A stretch of 20,000 bases of DNA from an uncultured virus (IMG/VR IMGVR_UViG_3300027754_002682) (taxonomy: Duplodnaviria; Heunggongvirae; Uroviricota; Caudoviricetes): IMG/VR virus record IMGVR_UViG_3300027754_002682, one strand, 5' to 3'. A program made the translations under genes and the position numbers. This document shows positions 15,937-20,000 of the stretch, one piece after another; within the stretch, counting starts at the first letter, position 1; each line of letters begins with the position of its first letter. The notes beneath the pieces were generated by a model. The model was not told where the DNA came from. It did no database searches and saw only the letters and a list, made by a program, of their open reading frames with translations.

Positions 15937-16497
15937 TTATATTAATTTAATAGGAATACGCTCTCCATTTAACATCTTAGTCAAATAAGGTTTATCATTT
16001 TCTATCATACTATATAATTTATTTAACGAATCGGTATTGACCATTTCTATTATCGTTGAAGTGGTATCCGTAGAATTATGATAATAATTCATATTGTAAT
16101 TATTTGGGTCGTATGGAATATCGGTAAACAAATTTGACAAATAGGTTAACTCTATAACTTTAAACTCTATTCTATTCCAATGGTTATACATATAGTTAAA
16201 TAGTATAGGAGACCAATGTGTGCCCGTACCATTTAAAAAAGAATTTATAATTGTATCTATATCACCACCATCGAATTCAATTGCAGTTCTAATTTCAGTT
16301 TTTAAAGCAGATTCTAAATGTTCTCTACCCACTCTATATACCCAGTAAGTATCTTTTGTAATGTTTTCGATTTTATATATAGTAGATAGTTCTTCTATTG
16401 ATGTGGGATTGGTTTCGTTTTCTAGCCACCTTGTACCACATTTTAAAGGTGCGATTATATCTAATCCATTTTCGTATCGAAATCTTTTTAAAACCAT
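15937..16497 (-). CDS. Divergent sulfotransferase-like protein
   Basis: IIAPLKCGTRWL (KxGT PAPS-binding loop), VYR....HL.SAL, THWSP; pattern of the Sulfotransfer_2 family. Confidence 0.55.
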   Translation of the reverse strand: MVLKRFRYENGLDIIAPLKCGTRWLENETNPTSIEELSTIYKIENITKDTYWVYRVGREHLESALKTEIRTAIEFDGGDIDTIINSFLNGTGTHWSPILFNYMYNHWNRIEFKVIELTYLSNLFTDIPYDPNNYNMNYYHNSTDTTSTIIEMVNTDSLNKLYSMIENDKPYLTKMLNGERIPIKLI

Positions 16498-16503
16498 ATA
16501 CCT

Positions 16504-16674
16504 TTATTTCTCATTTCTATACCACTTCCTTCTCTCTATATACCAAAACGGAAACTTACACACCCAATAGATGATAAGACCACAGGCAGCAACCAAAAGT
16601 AGTGGGGAAAGGATTATTAGGGTTGTTATGTTTGATACCTTTTTAATAAGACTTCGTCTAGTGAGTGATTCCAT
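16504..16674 (-). CDS. Small single-TM membrane protein
   Basis: Likely start MESLTRR at 16674; hydrophobic segment ITTLIILSPLLLVAACGLIIYWVC. Confidence 0.55.
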   Translation of the reverse strand: MESLTRRSLIKKVSNITTLIILSPLLLVAACGLIIYWVCKFPFWYIERRKWYRNEK

Positions 16675-16939
16675 TTCCGTAAATTGATGTGTAAATACCA
16701 ACAAGTCCGACAAACATCCAAAAAATATTTAAGATAAGGTATGCTCTATTACTTCTCTCCCATGCACAATATGTTAGAATGATTGCATCAATAGTATTCC
16801 ATATCCACATATAAAGAAAAGGAGTTTCAGGTCCCATAATAGAAAGAGTACCAAATGCAATGATTCTCATCACTACTCCGATGTTCTCCATCCATTTAAC
16901 CGTCCCTTCCATTAATAACTTTAGTTTCATGTAACTCAT
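16658..16939 (-). CDS. Small three-TM membrane protein
   Basis: Three hydrophobic segments in 93 aa; co-oriented with its neighbours. Confidence 0.65.
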   Translation of the reverse strand: MSYMKLKLLMEGTVKWMENIGVVMRIIAFGTLSIMGPETPFLYMWIWNTIDAIILTYCAWERSNRAYLILNIFWMFVGLVGIYTSIYGNGITH

Positions 16940-16951
16940 TTAAAATAAATA

Positions 16952-17920
16952 TTACTTTTGTTGTAATTTTCTTTGGGTCTCTGCTAATTCATTTTGAGTA
17001 TTGGTTAATCCTCTTTGTAACCTTTCACCCGTTGTTTGTATTTGTTCGGTTAAAGATTGATTTTGTTCCACCAATTTAGTAGATGTGGTGATAGCAACTT
17101 CTGCAACCTTTTGTGTAGGAGTAGTTTGGACACCCGTAGTGGTACTATACTTATACACTATTTGATTACTTTCTTCAGCAGGGTTAGTTTCTGCCATAAT
17201 CTCTAAATTAACTCTACCCAATGTAGCGGGTTCTTTTCCTTCTAAGAATACACCCTTAATCATTTGAAAGTCCTCATTAAGTATCTTTAGTCTGGTTTTA
17301 ATATCTGACAAAAAAGATTCTAACTTACTCTTATCTAATGTACCATCTACCTGTGCAGTAGAAACATTAAGAGGTAAGATGTTATATACTGATATGTCAT
17401 CTCCTAATTGTAATTCATATATAGAGAACTTATCCATTGGTCTATCTATATTCTGAACGATGGTATAGTTTATTTGGTCAATTAATCCTTTGGGAACTCC
17501 GTCTAACATCTCACCTTCATATATGTAATCAACCGAAGCAATACCTGCATTTCTATTTCTAATATCTCTTAAATCACCTATTGTAGATAAATTGTTTATT
17601 GTAATTTCTATGATAGGTATAGTCTTACCTACTTTCACTTCTTTATCCTTTACTATAACTACACCATTTTGTTTTATATCATAGTGGGGATTGGCCGATT
17701 TTTCTATCTCATTTAATGTTATTTGAGAAATTAGGTAGTGTTCGCCTGCTTTCACTATAATACCATCACTCAATAAGTAAGGTTTAAGTGTAAAAGGTAA
17801 TGGGGTAGTGGTAAGTGTAAGTGGAGTAACCCCTTTATTGGGTGAGTCTCCATTTGCCGATATAACCCAATTCTCACCTTGCTTAGAATATCTGTCCGGA
17901 TTTTGTGATATAGTTTTCAT
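16952..17920 (-). CDS. Hypothetical protein (322 aa) with a C-terminal coiled coil, possibly virion-associated
   Basis: Long ORF, Thr-rich linkers and a C-terminal heptad pattern; no motif recognised. Confidence 0.75.
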   Translation of the reverse strand: MKTISQNPDRYSKQGENWVISANGDSPNKGVTPLTLTTTPLPFTLKPYLLSDGIIVKAGEHYLISQITLNEIEKSANPHYDIKQNGVVIVKDKEVKVGKTIPIIEITINNLSTIGDLRDIRNRNAGIASVDYIYEGEMLDGVPKGLIDQINYTIVQNIDRPMDKFSIYELQLGDDISVYNILPLNVSTAQVDGTLDKSKLESFLSDIKTRLKILNEDFQMIKGVFLEGKEPATLGRVNLEIMAETNPAEESNQIVYKYSTTTGVQTTPTQKVAEVAITTSTKLVEQNQSLTEQIQTTGERLQRGLTNTQNELAETQRKLQQK

Positions 17921-18209
17921 CTTTTGTTATTTCTATGAGAGCTCTATTATATATAGTGCTTTCTTTTAATCTTTTATCTCCTTTTAATCTTATTCTATAT
18001 ATCTCTCTTTGTAGTTCCTGATACATATTGATTTCAATTGCATCACATATAATTGCATTTAACTCTAAGTCTGGCTCAATTGTCTTAAAGGATTCTATAC
18101 CTTCTTCTTTAATTTGTTCTTTTTTATTCTTATACCCTATGGCATGTGCAACACCAACGGATGTACCAAACTCTTCTGCTGCCTGTGTATATGTTGCTTC
18201 TTTTAACAA
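17883..18209 (-). CDS. Hypothetical protein
   Basis: TTG start 1 nt after the upstream stop; fills the gap. Confidence 0.6.
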   Translation of the reverse strand: MLKEATYTQAAEEFGTSVGVAHAIGYKNKKEQIKEEGIESFKTIEPDLELNAIICDAIEINMYQELQREIYRIRLKGDKRLKESTIYNRALIEITKDENYITKSGQIF

Positions 18210-18210
18210 T

Positions 18211-18576
18211 TTATTTTTTTATTGAGTGGTCTCTCCTGATATTAGAAAGAGATTGTAATGCGTTCTTTAATCTATCACTATGTAATTTTTTTTGTTCGGG
18301 TGATTTGGTTGCACTAATCTTATCTCTTAATACTTTAATTCTATTATTAAGGTTTTGTATTCTTTCTCCTGTATTAGGCGTGTCCGCTTCATTTGTTTTG
18401 TTAGGTACTAATATTTTCTTTTTCATTACATTAGGGATATTAGATAACTGACTTATTCCGAATTGTTGATTAAACATATCATTTCCACAACGGGTTAGAT
18501 ATGCTTCATCGGTTTCGTTAGGTAATCTTTCACAATTACCTTCGTATATTTGTGTTAATAGTTCTTTTAATTTCAT
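18211..18576 (-). CDS. Hypothetical protein, possibly an internal head protein
   Basis: Likely start MKLKELLTQIYE at 18576, 4 nt after ATATTTAT; basic coiled-coil C-terminus. Confidence 0.65.
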   Translation of the reverse strand: MKLKELLTQIYEGNCERLPNETDEAYLTRCGNDMFNQQFGISQLSNIPNVMKKKILVPNKTNEADTPNTGERIQNLNNRIKVLRDKISATKSPEQKKLHSDRLKNALQSLSNIRRDHSIKK

Positions 18577-18601
18577 ACTAATAAATATCATTAAATAGAA
18601 T

Positions 18602-18633
18602 AAAAAAACCCCCTACATTTTAAGTAGAGGGTT
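18602..18633 (-). terminator. Intrinsic terminator
   Basis: Minus strand AACCCTCTAC-TTAAAAT-GTAGGGGGTT followed by TTTTT. Confidence 0.85.
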
Positions 18634-18639
18634 CTCAGT

Positions 18640-18750
18640 TTATAATTTAATAAACCTTTTGAAAAAAGTGATTGCGTAAGGTAAAACTTTCCACCCTACT
18701 AATACACCTACCCAAAACGGATAGTGTAAAACGAAATCTAATACTTCCAT
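18640..18750 (-). CDS. Small hydrophobic peptide (36 aa)
   Basis: Below the track cutoff: MEVLDFVLHYPFWVGVLVGWKVLPYAITFFKRFIKL*. It has an A-rich leader (TAAATTAAAT-ATG) and is followed directly by a terminator. Confidence 0.65.
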   Translation of the reverse strand: MEVLDFVLHYPFWVGVLVGWKVLPYAITFFKRFIKL

Positions 18751-18889
18751 ATTTAATTTAGTTTGGTTAAAAAATAAGTCAACTAATTCCGATATCGTAT
18801 AAATAAGTATCACTTAGGTAAAAGAAAAACACCTATTTTCACTTTGTGTGTATCATACATCATGTCAAAATTGCTCCTATACACAAAAA

Positions 18890-19046
18890 AATTGACCCCG
18901 GTATATTCACAGGTCCGACCCGGTATACAGTAACGCGGTTTTGCCGAGTTACACGTAACTGTTTGCAAAAAGTAATGAGCACAAGAAACCCGCAACGACG
19001 TGACTCATTGCGGGGTCGTGAGGATAACCACTTCCTCACTCTTGCT
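18890..19046. other. GC-rich structured non-coding element
   Basis: Direct repeat GACC(C)CGGTATA twice, palindrome AGTTAC-AC-GTAACT, and hairpins CCCGCAA/TTGCGGG and GTGAGGA/TCCTCAC. Confidence 0.55.
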
Positions 19047-19078
19047 AAAATAAAAATGAAAACATTAGAAACTCAAAT

Positions 19079-19288
19079 CTAATTTCTTTTACTTATGTAG
19101 TTTGTGTACTTTGTATACTGCGACATTAACTCATTTGCTTTAAGTCTTTGTTCACTTACTACCTCTACTCTACTACCTATGTTATATTGTTTACACCATT
19201 CTATGAATTTTGTATCATTCATTGTTTGGTTTCTTTGTGTCTCTATACTATTATACTTCTCTATGTCTATATGTGTTATACTATCCAT
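19079..19288 (-). CDS. Hypothetical protein (69 aa)
   Basis: Co-oriented ORF with a plausible amino-acid composition. Confidence 0.6.
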   Translation of the reverse strand: MDSITHIDIEKYNSIETQRNQTMNDTKFIEWCKQYNIGSRVEVVSEQRLKANELMSQYTKYTNYISKRN

Positions 19289-19330
19289 ACTATCTATTTA
19301 ACTGAATTTATTTTTATTAAGATTGTCCGA

Positions 19331-19561
19331 CTAAGCTTTTGCCTTAGGTGGATGTGATACGAACACTTGCTTTAAGTAGTTGTCCTCATCTTCTATGTCC
19401 TGCTCGGTTATACTATTGTATCTCTCTAACAATTCAATAGCGGACCTGATTTCATCTAACTGCTCTGCAGCAGCCCACTTAGGTTTGCCATCTTGCAGTC
19501 CTTTAATCTTTTTCATCAATACTATCTCGTCTTGTTTCAATTTCATTATTGCGTAATCCAT
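19331..19561 (-). CDS. Hypothetical coiled-coil protein
   Basis: Likely start MDYAIMK at 19561, giving a short overlap with the upstream gene. Confidence 0.65.
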   Translation of the reverse strand: MDYAIMKLKQDEIVLMKKIKGLQDGKPKWAAAEQLDEIRSAIELLERYNSITEQDIEDEDNYLKQVFVSHPPKAKA

Positions 19562-19953
19562 TTTGCTTTTTGTTTTATGTGTGACCAGCATGGTCTTAAA
19601 TATTTATCTTCGTTTCGTCTTGCTTGCCTCTCATAAGGGTTTCTACTATATGTACCTGGGTACTTATCGTACTTTGTTAATATCGGTTGCAGTTGGTGTG
19701 TCCATTCGTGTATGCAAGTACCTATCAGCTCTCTTACATCGTAACAATTGTTATAGTATATATGTACTTCATTATCCGTTGCATCATATTCACCACAATC
19801 ACTATCCCACCCTATGCGGACTGACCATATAGGTTCGTACTTTTTTCTATTATTTGTACCCATATGTTTCCGACACCATCGCAATGCCATATTTGCTAAC
19901 GCAACGGCATGCTTTCTCTCTAAACTTTCAATCTTTGTGTTTAAGTAAATCAT
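19546..19953 (-). CDS. Small zincin-like metallopeptidase-domain protein
   Basis: GEY....EVHIY, TCIHEWTHQLQ (HExxH), NPYERQA (third-ligand Glu). Confidence 0.75.
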   Translation of the reverse strand: MIYLNTKIESLERKHAVALANMALRWCRKHMGTNNRKKYEPIWSVRIGWDSDCGEYDATDNEVHIYYNNCYDVRELIGTCIHEWTHQLQPILTKYDKYPGTYSRNPYERQARRNEDKYLRPCWSHIKQKAKWITQ

Positions 19954-19970
19954 TCGTGTTATTTCGTTAT

Positions 19971-20000
19971 AAAAAAAGTGGCTCTATTGGGGAGCCACTT
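19971..20000 (-). terminator. Intrinsic terminator
   Basis: Minus strand AAGTGGCTC-CCCAATA-GAGCCACTT followed by TTTTT. Confidence 0.85.

Noticed and set aside
18975..19046. tRNA or hammerhead ribozyme
   Set aside because: No cloverleaf or TTCGA T-loop, and no CTGATGA/GAAA core on either strand.
18810..19082. ORFs 18810-18995 (-) and 18846-19082 (+) as real genes
   Set aside because: They overlap a GC-rich, hairpin-dense block with atypical codon content, which is better explained as non-coding.
2260..19832. All plus-strand ORFs in the track (for example 2260-2481, 7242-7676, 18146-18451, 19563-19832)
   Set aside because: They are antisense shadows of well-supported minus-strand genes, with no recognisable motifs and odd composition.
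1..20000. Alternative genetic code (stop-codon reassignment)
   Set aside because: Full-length domains and tight gene packing are obtained with the standard code; TAA, TAG and TGA all end genes sensibly.

Overview
AT-rich, gene-dense window with every credible gene on the minus strand. It reads as part of a large tailed-phage genome, probably infecting Bacteroidota (inferred from A-rich, SD-less translation starts and TTTG..TAnnTT-type promoters). The left part (1-5.9 kb) holds phage accessory genes: carbamoyltransferase, sigma-like factor, peptide deformylase, DUF2061-like protein, HIGH nucleotidyltransferase, HSP20 and an HD hydrolase. The centre (5.9-16.5 kb) is a tailoring-enzyme island: six 2OG-Fe(II) oxygenases, radical SAM, SDR, SET, RMT2-like methyltransferase, SGNH-like protein, GT2, two sulfotransferase-like proteins and a Cys-rich protein. 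The island also encodes a 488-aa protein with the architecture circularly permuted ATP-grasp + Hint domain (apparently C-cleavage only) + 32-aa six-Cys tail peptide. Fourteen of the 15 enzyme-type island proteins, from unrelated folds, end in the same basic-then-two-hydrophobic C-terminal tag (for example NKLI, KKLL, KSLL). Together these suggest an undescribed phage peptide or protein modification system with a shared docking or targeting signal. The right part (16.5-20 kb) contains small membrane and hypothetical proteins, a structured GC-rich non-coding block and a HExxH protein. All family calls come from motif recognition by eye; no searches were run.
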